The translations under genes were made by a program, and so were the position numbers. Under the pieces are notes generated by a model. That model saw only the letters and a list, made by a program, of their open reading frames with translations, was not told the origin of the DNA and ran no database searches. 64,000 nucleotides of DNA from Candidatus Gugararchaeum adminiculabundum (GTDB lineage: Archaea; Micrarchaeota; Micrarchaeia; Burarchaeales; Gugararchaeaceae): the NCBI GenBank assembly GCA_902384795.1, contig CABMDC010000004.1, forward strand, positions 1,002 through 65,001. The letters are read 5' to 3'. The first letter of the stretch is position 1. The number at the start of each line of letters is the position of its first letter. This document shows, in pieces, positions 37,439 through 47,800 of this stretch.

Positions 37439-38365
37439 TTAGCTCCTCGATGCCGGTGTTTGCAGCTGCCTGTTCCCACTCTGGAACAACGGTTTCAGAT
37501 AAGGATAGTCAGCGTTTCCCAATTTTTTCTTGCCTTCAATCAGGTACTGTTCGATAACAAAGTCTACTATCGTTTGTTCCCCTATCCAAATTTTAACGGT
37601 GGGGCGCTCCGTCAAATCCTCAAGGAATTTCTGTCTTTCACTCTCTCCCTGCAATTTATTGTATTCGGTATTCACGCCAATGGCAATTTTCAAGTCAGAG
37701 AGGAAATATCCTATTTTGTTCTCTGCAGGAGACATTTTTGGGATATTGACATGAGCGGCACGTACAAGCTCTTTCGCCCTTCCAAAGTTGATCTCCTTCA
37801 AACCAACGAGCTTTTTGATCGCAGGCATGTTGTGCGCTGCGTTTTCTTCAGTGCCCAAACAGGAAAGCCTCCACATGACATCTACTTTTTCCTCTGGAAG
37901 AAACTTTAGCACTCTGCCATCTTTTTTCTGCATAATTTCAAGAATTCCGAGCATTTCAGGCAAATGCAGGAGAATCTGGTCGCAGTCCCTGTTTGTTTCC
38001 TCAATGAGCGGAATACCAGACGCAAACGAAACAAAATATGCTTTCGTGAAAAGCAGGGAAAATACTGGGGCAGTAAGATCTGGGTCATTAATTCTGCGTT
38101 CTATCTCCATCAATTTCTGCTCGATTTGGCAATCTCCTTCAATTCCATTTTCAGAGCGCAGTTTTGCGAACGCATGGCTGATAAATTTGAGCATCTCGCT
38201 TGTTTTCATTTTCCGTAACTCATTTGTGAGCACAATGGGAACTATCTGCCAGTTTCTGAATTCAGTGCTCAGGGTTTTTTTATCCAAAAGAACCGCTGCA
38301 TCTGCAAATGCGAGCCTAAGTTTCTCCGGTTTAATCGTCAAAGGTTGTTTTGTTTCAAAAACCAT
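37439..38365 (-). CDS. hypothetical protein (orphan)
   Basis: 308 aa, somewhat AT-richer than the MCM gene, no recognisable motif. Confidence 0.55.
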   Translation of the reverse strand: MVFETKQPLTIKPEKLRLAFADAAVLLDKKTLSTEFRNWQIVPIVLTNELRKMKTSEMLKFISHAFAKLRSENGIEGDCQIEQKLMEIERRINDPDLTAPVFSLLFTKAYFVSFASGIPLIEETNRDCDQILLHLPEMLGILEIMQKKDGRVLKFLPEEKVDVMWRLSCLGTEENAAHNMPAIKKLVGLKEINFGRAKELVRAAHVNIPKMSPAENKIGYFLSDLKIAIGVNTEYNKLQGESERQKFLEDLTERPTVKIWIGEQTIVDFVIEQYLIEGKKKLGNADYPYLKPLFQSGNRQLQTPASRS

Positions 38366-38480
38366 GTCTACACCTCTTCGTTTTACTGCTCTAGACGTGG
38401 TAAATATATCAAAGTCGTGTTATATAAAGCTTGCCTAAATCCGCGCATGCTTTATATTTTCCAGAAGCGCAACCTAATCC

Positions 38481-39179
38481 ATGGCGAACCCATCCCCAAT
38501 TATAAGAGCGGTAGTCTTTGACCTGGACAACACGCTAATGGATTTCCTGGAGATGAAGCGGCAGGGGTGCAAAATCGCCGCCAGGGAGCTGGTTTCAAGC
38601 GGAGTTGACCTGGAAAACAAGGATGCTGAAAAGCTATTGATGCAAACCCATTTGGATGTGGGCGACGAGGGCGAGGATGTTTTTGAGGAGTTCCTGAAAA
38701 AGCTGAACAAGAAAGTGGACAAGGAACTGGTGAAAAAGAGCTTCAAAACCTACAACCGGGCGAAAAAGGAGTTCATGAAGCCCTACCCGAATGTGATTGA
38801 AGTTCTTACTTTTCTCAAGGGCAAAGGCATCAAGCTTGCGGTGATCACTGATGCCGAAGAGCCCCAGGCAATGGAGCGCATCCTTGGAATCGGGGTGGAA
38901 AAATTCTTTGACGCGGTTATAACCCAGTCGCACACCAAATCGCAGAAGCCTGATGAAAAGCCCTTCCGCGAAGCGCTGAAGAAATTAGGCACAAAACCAG
39001 AGGAAACGTTGATGGTTGGGGATTCTTTGGAGCGCGATGTGTGGGGCGCAAAAAGGGTAGGCATGCTGGCCGCCTATGCAAAATACGGGGAAGACTGGGA
39101 ATGGAAATGGCCGCACAAAGAGGTTACGCCTGACTATGTTTTGCATGACATTTGTGAACTGATGAAAATAATCGGATGA
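38481..39179 (+). CDS. HAD-superfamily hydrolase
   Basis: VVFDLDNTLMDF (DxD motif I), VITDA and MVGDSLERDVWGA (motif IV). Confidence 0.85.
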   Translation: MANPSPIIRAVVFDLDNTLMDFLEMKRQGCKIAARELVSSGVDLENKDAEKLLMQTHLDVGDEGEDVFEEFLKKLNKKVDKELVKKSFKTYNRAKKEFMKPYPNVIEVLTFLKGKGIKLAVITDAEEPQAMERILGIGVEKFFDAVITQSHTKSQKPDEKPFREALKKLGTKPEETLMVGDSLERDVWGAKRVGMLAAYAKYGEDWEWKWPHKEVTPDYVLHDICELMKIIG

Positions 39180-39195
39180 AAATATTAGGTTGAGT

Positions 39196-39636
39196 TCACT
39201 CACTAAAACTAGCTGCGCCATACTCTGTTTCCCAGATTTTCACTTCCAATTTCTTAAACTTCGGAAGTTTCTTTTCAAGTTTCCGATAAACTCTCTGCGC
39301 CAGGAGTTCGCACATGGCATAATCCTCATCAAGCAGAACCGCATCCTTTTTTGGAACAGAGTAATTGGAATGGCAAACGACTGTTTCTCCCTTGATTTCT
39401 TTCACATCCTTTTTTCCAAGCAGCACCTTGTGGTCAAATTCAGCAGTAATCTCATTCAACAGTTTTTTGACAATCCTGAAATCAATTACCATTCCATCTG
39501 TCAGCTTATCATGCTCAATCAGGACTATGGGGCGGTAATTGTGCCCATGGAGCGGCTCGCCTTTTATGAGCGAATCGCTGTGGCTTGCTGCAAAAGTTTT
39601 TCCATGAATTTCAAGCTTGTACATAGGTTTCTTCAC
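39196..39636 (-). CDS. 6-pyruvoyl-tetrahydropterin synthase family protein (QueD/PTPS-like)
   Basis: FAASHS, LHGHNY and GMVIDF, 146 aa. Adjacent to the GTP cyclohydrolase gene. Confidence 0.75.
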   Translation of the reverse strand: MKKPMYKLEIHGKTFAASHSDSLIKGEPLHGHNYRPIVLIEHDKLTDGMVIDFRIVKKLLNEITAEFDHKVLLGKKDVKEIKGETVVCHSNYSVPKKDAVLLDEDYAMCELLAQRVYRKLEKKLPKFKKLEVKIWETEYGAASFSE

Positions 39637-39682
39637 CTAATTTCAATTCCATTTATCTGCTTCCAGTTTCCTCCATTCTCTG

Positions 39683-40561
39683 CTAATTCCTGCTTCCGTT
39701 TCCCTTTAATTCTTTTTTCAAATCCGCAAATTTAACGGTTCTTTCGGCATAGGCATTGTGCTCATGGATGCTCTCGTAATTCTTCTGCTTCGCAATCACA
39801 ACCGCGTCATCGCTCAGGTTCAGCTTTGCAACGCGCGCCAGCATTCCACGAACGCAATCCTCAACGAATTTCGGGTTTGCATGCGCCTGAATTATCAAAT
39901 CGCGCTCATCGGGCCTTTTCAATAATCCACTCACCGGGGCGCTCATGGAATCCCGGACAATTTTCGCCAGCTCAGCAGCATCCACCCGTTCATTCTCATC
40001 GGTTTCAACAATCAGGGTGCCAACGCTTCTTTGATTATGTGAAGCAATGGGCAGTTCATCAAGAATTTTTGGGTCAATCCCTTTTTTCTGCAAAATTCCG
40101 CGCGAATATTCCTTCACCAGTTCCTGGGCGCAGGGGCAAACAGTAATCCCAACAACCTCGGCGCCAATCGCCTTTTTGATGAGCGGGCTTTCTCCCTTCT
40201 TCCTGTATGCAACCGCGCTGCCAATCAAATCGAATTCAAAATCAACTTTCACGCGCGCCTTCAAATTGGCCTCAACCCTTTCGGCTTCCTCGTGCTTTTC
40301 CAATAATTTGCGCGCAATCCCGGCGCAAAGCAGCTCGGCATCGGATTTGCTCGGAACCGATTCCACCAGCTCGTTCACTGCCTCCAAATTACGGGACAAG
40401 TTGATTCCTTTTCTGTCAGCGCGCAAATCCGCAAACAGGTCAATGGTGGCAGTAAAGCTGGTCTTGCCGGTATTGATGACTTTCTTAAGGTCGGTTATCC
40501 CAACCCGGTTAAGGGAAACAGGGACATCCGGCAAATTAGCGTGAATATCGGGTAAAACCAT
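39683..40561 (-). CDS. GTP cyclohydrolase FolE2/MptA family
   Basis: LNRVGITDL, ITVCPCAQE and SHNQRS. The start was trimmed to the internal ATG 40561 because the track start overlaps the divergent gene. Confidence 0.8.
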   Translation of the reverse strand: MVLPDIHANLPDVPVSLNRVGITDLKKVINTGKTSFTATIDLFADLRADRKGINLSRNLEAVNELVESVPSKSDAELLCAGIARKLLEKHEEAERVEANLKARVKVDFEFDLIGSAVAYRKKGESPLIKKAIGAEVVGITVCPCAQELVKEYSRGILQKKGIDPKILDELPIASHNQRSVGTLIVETDENERVDAAELAKIVRDSMSAPVSGLLKRPDERDLIIQAHANPKFVEDCVRGMLARVAKLNLSDDAVVIAKQKNYESIHEHNAYAERTVKFADLKKELKGNGSRN

Positions 40562-40627
40562 GGAAACCGCAGAAAAACTTTGCCGAGCAACAAATAATAA
40601 ATAGGTTGCCAACACAAAGGTAGCCCG

Positions 40628-41548
40628 ATGGCTTTTGTTGAATTCGCCGCAGTTCATCTGCAGTATGAAACAGTCAGGATTGCTATTGCGGTCCTTGCGG
40701 TTGCGATCGGCTCCTACTTCGACATCTTCAACAATCGAAACATCCCCAACTGGCTCACTTACTCAATGCTCGCGCTCGCAATTCTCATAAACATCCCGGG
40801 ATTTGAGATGAATGCCGCGATTTACACTTTTGGCATTGCGGCGATAGTTTTCGTGCTAGGTTATGCGTTTTACGTAAACGGCCAGATTGGCGGGGCGGAT
40901 GTGCTGGTTTTGACCTCCATCGCGCTTCTGCTGCCGGTCCAGCCGACTTTGCTCCTGCTCAAGGGCGCTCCAGCGCCCATAATCCAGTTTCCGTTCATTC
41001 TCACAGTTTTCATCACTGCGGGAATTCTTTTCATTTTGATAATGTTCCTGCTGTCCGCGCCCAAGGCGCTGAAGGCCCTGGGAACCGGAAAAATCAAATT
41101 CAGCCTGATGCAGAAACTCAGTGCAGCCCTGCTGCTGGTTTTCTTTTGCGTGTTCGCCTACCTGGCGAACCAGGTCGATATTTTTCCAAAATCATTTATT
41201 CTGATATTGGCCGCAGTGCTCATCCCCTCAATTTTCTTCACGCTTTTCAAGGATTTCATCGAGGACGAGATGACCGAGCTGATTTCAGTTGACAAAATCG
41301 AGGAGGAGGATGTGCTCTTAATCCGGAAGCTGGACCCACAGCTGGTAAAGGAGCACAACCTGAAAAAATTGCTGGATGCCAAGGAAATTGAAAGGCTGAA
41401 ATCATTGCCCATCAAAAAGTTCCCGATTTTCACCAGGATGCCCGCCTTCCTGCCCTATGTCCTGATGGCGCTGCTAATCAACCTGCTGGTCGGGGATCTG
41501 ATGCTTTTGCTGGCAGCGAGTTCCATGGGAGTAAGGGCAGTAGCCTAA
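40628..41548 (+). CDS. A24-family prepilin/preflagellin peptidase-like membrane protein with C-terminal extension
   Basis: First Asp in SYFDIFNNRNIPNWL near TM1. Second Asp in QIGGADVLVL (a GxGD variant). Multi-TM. Confidence 0.6.
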   Translation: MAFVEFAAVHLQYETVRIAIAVLAVAIGSYFDIFNNRNIPNWLTYSMLALAILINIPGFEMNAAIYTFGIAAIVFVLGYAFYVNGQIGGADVLVLTSIALLLPVQPTLLLLKGAPAPIIQFPFILTVFITAGILFILIMFLLSAPKALKALGTGKIKFSLMQKLSAALLLVFFCVFAYLANQVDIFPKSFILILAAVLIPSIFFTLFKDFIEDEMTELISVDKIEEEDVLLIRKLDPQLVKEHNLKKLLDAKEIERLKSLPIKKFPIFTRMPAFLPYVLMALLINLLVGDLMLLLAASSMGVRAVA

Positions 41549-41579
41549 GTTTGCAGTTTGCCCAAGCCGAGTTCTAGTT

Positions 41580-42239
41580 TCAAACCGTAACAATCGGCAA
41601 CAGATAATAACCAAGCACAGCGCCGGCTATCGCGCAAATAATATTAGTAGTGGACTTGTTCCCAATCCCCTTTTCTTCCAAAATCCCAAACAGGGTGTCA
41701 ACAAACGAGCCGGCAAATCCAATCAGCCCAATGGCCAGCACATTCAGGAGCGAGAGCTGCGGGAAAAGGAAACGCGCCGCAAATCCGATCAGCAATGCGC
41801 CGTCAAAGGACATAAAAGTCCCGAGCGCGCTCATGGAGCCCGAAGTTCCGGGCCTTGTGAGTTTCAGGGTCATCAGGTTCAGCGGGTTTCCTCCAAGCAC
41901 CCCCAACTCGCTTGCGAACTTGTCGCTGGTGATTGCCGCAACCGCTCCGATGTACGCGGCTCCCCACTTCAAATCTATTGTTGCCAGGACCGCGCACAGA
42001 ACAGGAACCAGTCCGTTTGCAACTACGTTTTCCCAGCTTCGCTCATGCTCGTAAATTCCCATTTCCTTTTTGACCGGTTTTTCGTATTTGGTCACAATGA
42101 CCCCTGCTGCCAGGAAAACAATTAGAAGAATTAGGAAATTCGGGCCGAATGGGCCTGAAAAGAACAGTATTATCGCACCTATCACCAGTGCGATAAGCAC
42201 TCCGACCATGTCCAAGAGCAGGAATTTCATAGGCGCCAC
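41580..42239 (-). CDS. integral membrane protein, DUF92/TMEM19-like
   Basis: 219 aa, about 6 TM helices. The GTSGSMSALGT and GFAGSFVDTLFG segments resemble my recollection of DUF92. Confidence 0.45.
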   Translation of the reverse strand: MAPMKFLLLDMVGVLIALVIGAIILFFSGPFGPNFLILLIVFLAAGVIVTKYEKPVKKEMGIYEHERSWENVVANGLVPVLCAVLATIDLKWGAAYIGAVAAITSDKFASELGVLGGNPLNLMTLKLTRPGTSGSMSALGTFMSFDGALLIGFAARFLFPQLSLLNVLAIGLIGFAGSFVDTLFGILEEKGIGNKSTTNIICAIAGAVLGYYLLPIVTV

Positions 42240-42250
42240 TCATCTGTCTT

Positions 42251-43276
42251 TCATTTCTTGCTAAAATCAATTCCCCGGAGCATAATAACCTTTTCGTTTT
42301 CATCAAGGGAAATCCCGGCATTGCAGAACTGCCCTATCACCGATGCATTGGTTTTCGCATGGCTGGAAATTTCGCTTGTCCTGATTTTGCTTTCTCCGTG
42401 CGCCAGGGCGGCGAAAATCATAAGTTGGTCCGCGAGGTGAACATCAACGCACGCTCCTGCATCAATTTCTTGCTTGAGCGCAGTTGCCGCTTCCTCTCCG
42501 ACTTTTTCAGCGCTCTTGCCGATTTTCCCGAGCGAGCTCGCGCCAAGGAATCCTTTCCACAGAGTGATTGCGGTTCCAGGGCAGGAAGTTTTCACGGAAA
42601 TCGCAGGCACATCACAGCTTCCCAGGATTTCGCCTGCGGAATTCGCCTGCCTGTCCGCGATTGTTTGCGGAAGGTTTGATGCGATTGACACGCCGCGAAT
42701 CGGCGCGTTAGCCATGTTCGTTCCTGTTCCGTCAAATCTCGCGGCTTTCAGTTTCCCTCCAGCAATTGGTTCAATTTTCAAAACAACTTTCCCGCCGCCT
42801 TTGGGGTAAAATCCGTAATTTCCGATTTCCAGCGAAGTGCGCGCGCCAAACTCGGCAAGCGCGGGCAGGAGGACTTTTTGGGTATAATCAATGGTGGGCG
42901 AATGATCCACATGCGTTCCGCCGGTGATTGCTATATGCGAAGGCTTGCTGGCAAACAACAGGACTGGGACAATGGACTGCAGGACCAGGGAAATCGCCCC
43001 GGCTGTGCCCACGTCGAAAGCGAATTCTCCCCCGGAAATCGCGCCCGGCTCAAAGGAAACTTCGGTCGAGCCGATTGCAGCCCCGTTAACCCTGGCATTG
43101 CAGATTTTCTGGAGCGCGAGGATTCCTGCCAAATGCTGGGCTTTCAAGCCCGGTTTCTCCCTTCCAGCCCGGATATTGGCAATATGCGCCGGTTTTCCGA
43201 GGATACAGCTAAGGGCGAGCGAAGTTCTAAGGATTTGCCCGCCCCCTTCAAGCGACGAGCCGTCAATTTCAAGCAT
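42251..43276 (-). CDS. rtcA: RNA 3'-terminal phosphate cyclase
   Basis: LEGGGQILRTSLALS, REKPGLKAQHL and HLADQL, 341 aa. Confidence 0.9.
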   Translation of the reverse strand: MLEIDGSSLEGGGQILRTSLALSCILGKPAHIANIRAGREKPGLKAQHLAGILALQKICNARVNGAAIGSTEVSFEPGAISGGEFAFDVGTAGAISLVLQSIVPVLLFASKPSHIAITGGTHVDHSPTIDYTQKVLLPALAEFGARTSLEIGNYGFYPKGGGKVVLKIEPIAGGKLKAARFDGTGTNMANAPIRGVSIASNLPQTIADRQANSAGEILGSCDVPAISVKTSCPGTAITLWKGFLGASSLGKIGKSAEKVGEEAATALKQEIDAGACVDVHLADQLMIFAALAHGESKIRTSEISSHAKTNASVIGQFCNAGISLDENEKVIMLRGIDFSKK

Positions 43277-43313
43277 GGAATTGATTTAAAGAAGAATCGG
43301 CTTAAACCTAACC

Positions 43314-43508
43314 ATGGTAAACATCATCAATTTCCAGAAAGCAAGCTTTACCCGGATGCTATTGGCCCTTCCGCTCGCGGGATGCATCTATTTCGCCATC
43401 TTTTCCAATGACATGATGACCCGGGCGGTCGCCCTGGCTATCGCAGTGGCCGTGGAGGGGGTGCGGGACGCCTTCCTTATCGCCGAGCTTACTGTGCACA
43501 AAAAATAG
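43314..43508 (+). CDS. candidate small membrane protein
   Basis: 64 aa with two hydrophobic segments. ATTTAAA lies about 25 nt upstream of the ATG (leaderless geometry). Confidence 0.4.
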   Translation: MVNIINFQKASFTRMLLALPLAGCIYFAIFSNDMMTRAVALAIAVAVEGVRDAFLIAELTVHKK

Positions 43509-43529
43509 GTTCGAGGGAGCCAAAAAGGG

Positions 43530-43550
43530 CTATTTAAAGGGTTTAAATAG
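43530..43550. promoter_or_regulatory. 9-bp perfect inverted repeat made of two TATA-like boxes
   Basis: CTATTTAAA-GGG-TTTAAATAG, immediately after the 43314..43508 stop. Confidence 0.35.
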
Positions 43551-43619
43551 GGGCGAAAAAAGCACCTTCGACGCCCGACGAAACCCGGATACCTTTATAT
43601 TCGTATTGGTAATATAAGT

Positions 43620-43750
43620 ATAGTTTCTGCGTCTTCTCTACCTCTGCCTTCGGGCAGAAAACTGGTCGCCTTGCCAGCGCCGTAGTGCGCTGGCCTAATT
43701 TTCTCAACCTCCAGCTTTAGCGCCAGGGCTCCGGGATTTGCCCTATACCC
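43620..43750 (+). ncRNA. candidate structured small RNA (unclassified)
   Basis: GC-rich island in a 300-nt gap, preceded by CTTTATAT (43593-43600). It contains hairpins CTGCC-TTCG-GGCAG (43643-43656), GCCAGCGC-CGTAGT-GCGCTGGC (43673-43694) and AGGGC-TCCGGGATT-GCCCT (43724-43743). The downstream gene has its own TATA (43775-43782). Confidence 0.3.
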
Positions 43751-43806
43751 TTTAAACCACTAATTATAACAACGTTTATATACCCTGAAAACCAAATATA
43801 CTCACC

Positions 43807-44856
43807 ATGGCAGACATCATACCTTTCCGCCCAAAAGAGGCCGGCGCAGAGAAATCCCGCCTAGACCTGCAAAAAATAGCAAAACCCCTAAATCTGTCCC
43901 AGCTGAGTTTTTCAGACAATCCGCTGGTGCAGATGTTTACCCGGAGGGTTGAGCGGAAAACGAGCGAACGGGCCATTCAATTCAGGTTTCTTAGTGAAAA
44001 ACGGATTCCAAAGATAGAAGGAATCTATGGCATTGCCGCGGCCGCAGAAGCCGTGGAAAAAATAGGGGAGGCAGTGGAACACGTGCACCGGCTTCCGATT
44101 TCCCATGAAATAAAAGAAAGTTTTATCTCAAAGTTTGATTTTGAAAATGAAACTAAATGGGAACTCGGCAGGATAATCCAAAAAGCAAGTGAAATGCACG
44201 GGATTATCAGCAGAATTCCCGCAGAAGAGCACATGCGGCACAAGCTGATGGTTCTGGCTTCCATACGCTCATGCCTTGAGCACGCGGTTCTGCTTGCTGA
44301 AAACGGCGAAGATGAAATATATATGCGCCTAGAGCTTGCCACAAGGATTGGCGGCTTCAATGGCGTGCTTCTTAACTACAATCCGAAACTCCCGCCGGTT
44401 TTTGTAACCGGTTTGGAGAGAAGGGGCAATTACCTGACCATCGGGGGGACCCCGCTTGAACTGCTGCTTTCAATTGTTGAAAAAGTGCCGAGTTTCCTGA
44501 TTCCTGCAATGCTGTTCAACTCAATCATATACAAGGAATGGCAACATCTCATTAACGCGCTTGGCGATTACCGGCCGGTGAGTGAAAGGGTCGCAAGCGT
44601 TGAATTCAGCGAAGTGTTTGAGCGGGCACGCAAAGAGGTGGCGCGCTCATTTATGAAACAAGGAGTCCTGACTGCCGATGTTTTGAAGGCAATAAACCAA
44701 ATCTGGGTAATGGAAATGGCGCTGGAAACCATGCTCAAAAAAAAGCGCTCTCAAATAAGCGCGGATGAAGTTATAACCACCTACAAATCGGATTATTCCG
44801 GCTTCGGCCAGGGGCTGAAAAAAGAGCTTGAGAAAATTGTCGGCCCGATTAATTAG
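43807..44856 (+). CDS. hypothetical protein (orphan), convergent with the giant ORF
   Basis: 349 aa, ATG 25 nt after TTTATATA, no TM helix and no recognisable motif. Confidence 0.6.
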   Translation: MADIIPFRPKEAGAEKSRLDLQKIAKPLNLSQLSFSDNPLVQMFTRRVERKTSERAIQFRFLSEKRIPKIEGIYGIAAAAEAVEKIGEAVEHVHRLPISHEIKESFISKFDFENETKWELGRIIQKASEMHGIISRIPAEEHMRHKLMVLASIRSCLEHAVLLAENGEDEIYMRLELATRIGGFNGVLLNYNPKLPPVFVTGLERRGNYLTIGGTPLELLLSIVEKVPSFLIPAMLFNSIIYKEWQHLINALGDYRPVSERVASVEFSEVFERARKEVARSFMKQGVLTADVLKAINQIWVMEMALETMLKKKRSQISADEVITTYKSDYSGFGQGLKKELEKIVGPIN

Positions 44857-44861
44857 TCTTC

Positions 44862-47800
44862 TTATTTGCTGGTTATAGCAAGCGCTTCAAATGATCTGCC
44901 TTGTATAAGGTCGCTCCCGTAACTGCCAACGGCATTCGCGAATATCGCTCGAGCAGGTTTTGGTGCTGCGCTAATCCTGACTTTCTTTTGTGGATTTTCG
45001 GTTATTCCCGTTTCTTTTCTGAAGTTTTCAAGCCCTTCTGCCAAATTTTTACCCTCATAATAGTATACCCTGGGTTTTTCATGGCCGGCTGCCTCGAGAT
45101 CTGAGAACGTTTTTTCATACTGCGCTTTCTTTGATTTGGGCATCAATACCACGCCCAAGTCCAGATCAACTTCGTGGGACTTATGGAGGGGGTCATCAGA
45201 TAGCCCCATAAGCGGAGAATCGGCTTTTGTTTTGCTGTTCATTAATGGATCGTAAGCAAAACCATGCCCATTTTCCATCGCAGCCTCCAGCGGAAGCACT
45301 ATGGCTATATCGGATATATCCACCGCAGCTCCGTTCACCACAGTGTGCACATAAGGAGTAGAGATTCTATTAGTCTTGATACCGTTGTTTGTTCTTTCTT
45401 CGTATATCCCTCTCCCAATGAGGTGCCCGCTTTCAAATATCTTAGTCTGCAGATTTTCATCCGGAGTCATGGCATGCACTAGCAGATTGCCCGACCCCTT
45501 ATCTTTTACCAAGTGGGTGTATTCTTCCAGAGTCATGTCCTTGATTGTGCTTTCGTTCCATGTTTTCCTGGCGCTGGGGTCAATTTCATAATTTTTCTTA
45601 AAACTCGCTATCTGTTCCTTAGTAAACAGTTTCATCTCAACAAACTGCATATGCCCGTTGTATTCGAATCTCCCGTCATTTTTCAACATGTCCGCGAAGT
45701 CGTTTAGGTGGATGTTTTTCCCTTCGAATTCTACTCCCGTTGTGGTCAACTCAGGCAGATATTTAACAACCTGCAAAATCGCTTCCCTGTTAATGCCATC
45801 CGTGCGGGACAGAGTGTCCACCAGGCTGCGGGCATCAATTTTTCCAGCATCAAGGTCAGGAGCTTGGACGAACTCCCCGCGCGAATCCTTTACTGGATCA
45901 AGGGAGTTGATAATGGATGCGATTACTTTTGCATCAGGGTTTTTTTCCAGATAAGGCAGGCTGGCTTCGACAAGATTATTTTCAGTTTGGGAATATCTGC
46001 TATCCCGCTCTAATTTACGGTTTATTTTTCGAAGTAAATCGCTTACGCTTTTATCGCTTGCCAGGTCGCCATTTTTGTGTATGGCATCGAATATGTCTGG
46101 CAGTAAATCCTCCGTCCGAACCCCCTCGCTTCCTATCCTGTCCGCCAGTTCGTTTGCAGCGTTAGTTCTATGCTCTGGTTTAGAAAGAAGATTTGCCAGC
46201 TCTTTTGGTGTGCTGTTTTTTAAATCGCCAATTTGAACTGGCGCTGTTTCTTCGCTGGATGGTTTCTCAACCGTAGCTGTTTCTTTATTGACTTTTTTCT
46301 GCGCTGGTGCATGCTCACCACCGCTTTTTTTTGGTGCATTAAACGCCTTGAGAATCTGGTCCTTGGTCAGCCCTTCCTTCTGCAGTGTATCAAACGCGCT
46401 TTCAACGCTTTTCCTGTATTTTCCTTCGGCCGCGTCTATGCGATTTTCAGCCTCCGCTTTCTTTGCCTGAACATCATCTGGATGGAGGAATTTTGTGCTG
46501 CCATCGGCATTTTTAACGCGGTACATTCCGGTTTTACTGTCCAGCCCTCTTGCAACCGCATCGTCGATTCTCCGCAGATCGCTGGTTTCAGTTTCCATCA
46601 CGTTCTGCCAATTTATGTACCTGTCTTGGGCTTCGCCGAATTTGGGTGCGACCGTATCGTAGAATTCATTCCTAGGCACCTCTGTTAAATCGGAAAGCGT
46701 CCTCAGCCCTTTTGCAACATCGGTTGGCAGCTGGTATCTTCGGTCTGAGCCATAAACTTCGGATTGCCGGGCCCAGGCGTTTGTATTTTCCGGAGCTTTC
46801 GCGCCTTCAACCGAACCCTGGAACATCTTGTCAAATGTTTCAGGCCCGATGCGCGTAGCAATTTCCGCCGAGGTTGCGGCTGGCGTCTGCACCTGTGCTC
46901 CGCCTTTCCCGGCTGCCTCGTTTGGAGAAATTTCTGTTTCCGGCCTTGCAACAGGAACTGATTTTTCTTTTGGAATTGCGGCAGCCGCATTTTTATTATC
47001 CGCCACTTCCGTGAGAAATTCGCTGAGTTTGATCGGAGGATCTCCGCGCGCCCTCCTCATCGTATTCATCGCGTCCCACGCCGTAAGCATCGGGTCCGTT
47101 TCTTCGGTTTGTGTTTTGGCTTTCAGCCCGGCCGCTTCTCCCTGCTTGATTTCCGTGTATGGCTTTGGCGCAGTAACCGCGTTCCCGCTCTCCAATTCTT
47201 TGGCTTTCCCCTCGCAATAGTTTGCTTCACGGGTTCCGGGGACGAGCGCCCTTTCCCTAAATGTTTCGTAATCAACATTTGGCATCATGCTTGCAATGCC
47301 CTGGCTGTGGAGCGATGCATTGTGAATTTTGAGCTCGTCCCAAAAGCCCTTAATCATCTGATCGGTCAAAACAGGCGCCTTTGCCACCGGTTCTGGTTCT
47401 ACCCTTGCAGTTCCTGGCTCGTTTTCATCATGCGGGGGCCCGCCCTCCTTACTGGCCGCGCCCAGTGCGTTTCCCTGGGTCTGCTCAAAAACTTTCAGCT
47501 TATTCGTTACGGCTAATTCCGAGTTCAAGCCTTTTCCATTGTAATATTTCTCAAGCCCTTTGATTATCGGAGTATAGTCTCCGCTTGTCAGCGCCTTGAA
47601 TAGGATTTCGTCTCCGTTCTTGCCAAGGAACTTTGAGAATTCTTCAATGCGGGCCACTTCATTGGTATAGCCGGTGCTCTTCCGGCCTGTTGCTTTGCCT
47701 GTGAAGTACTCGGTAAGGCCTTCGTGCATTCCCTGGAAGACTTTATTCAGGTTCGGGTATTTTTGTGCAAGAGCGGCCTGCTCCTTATAGTTTTGCAAAA

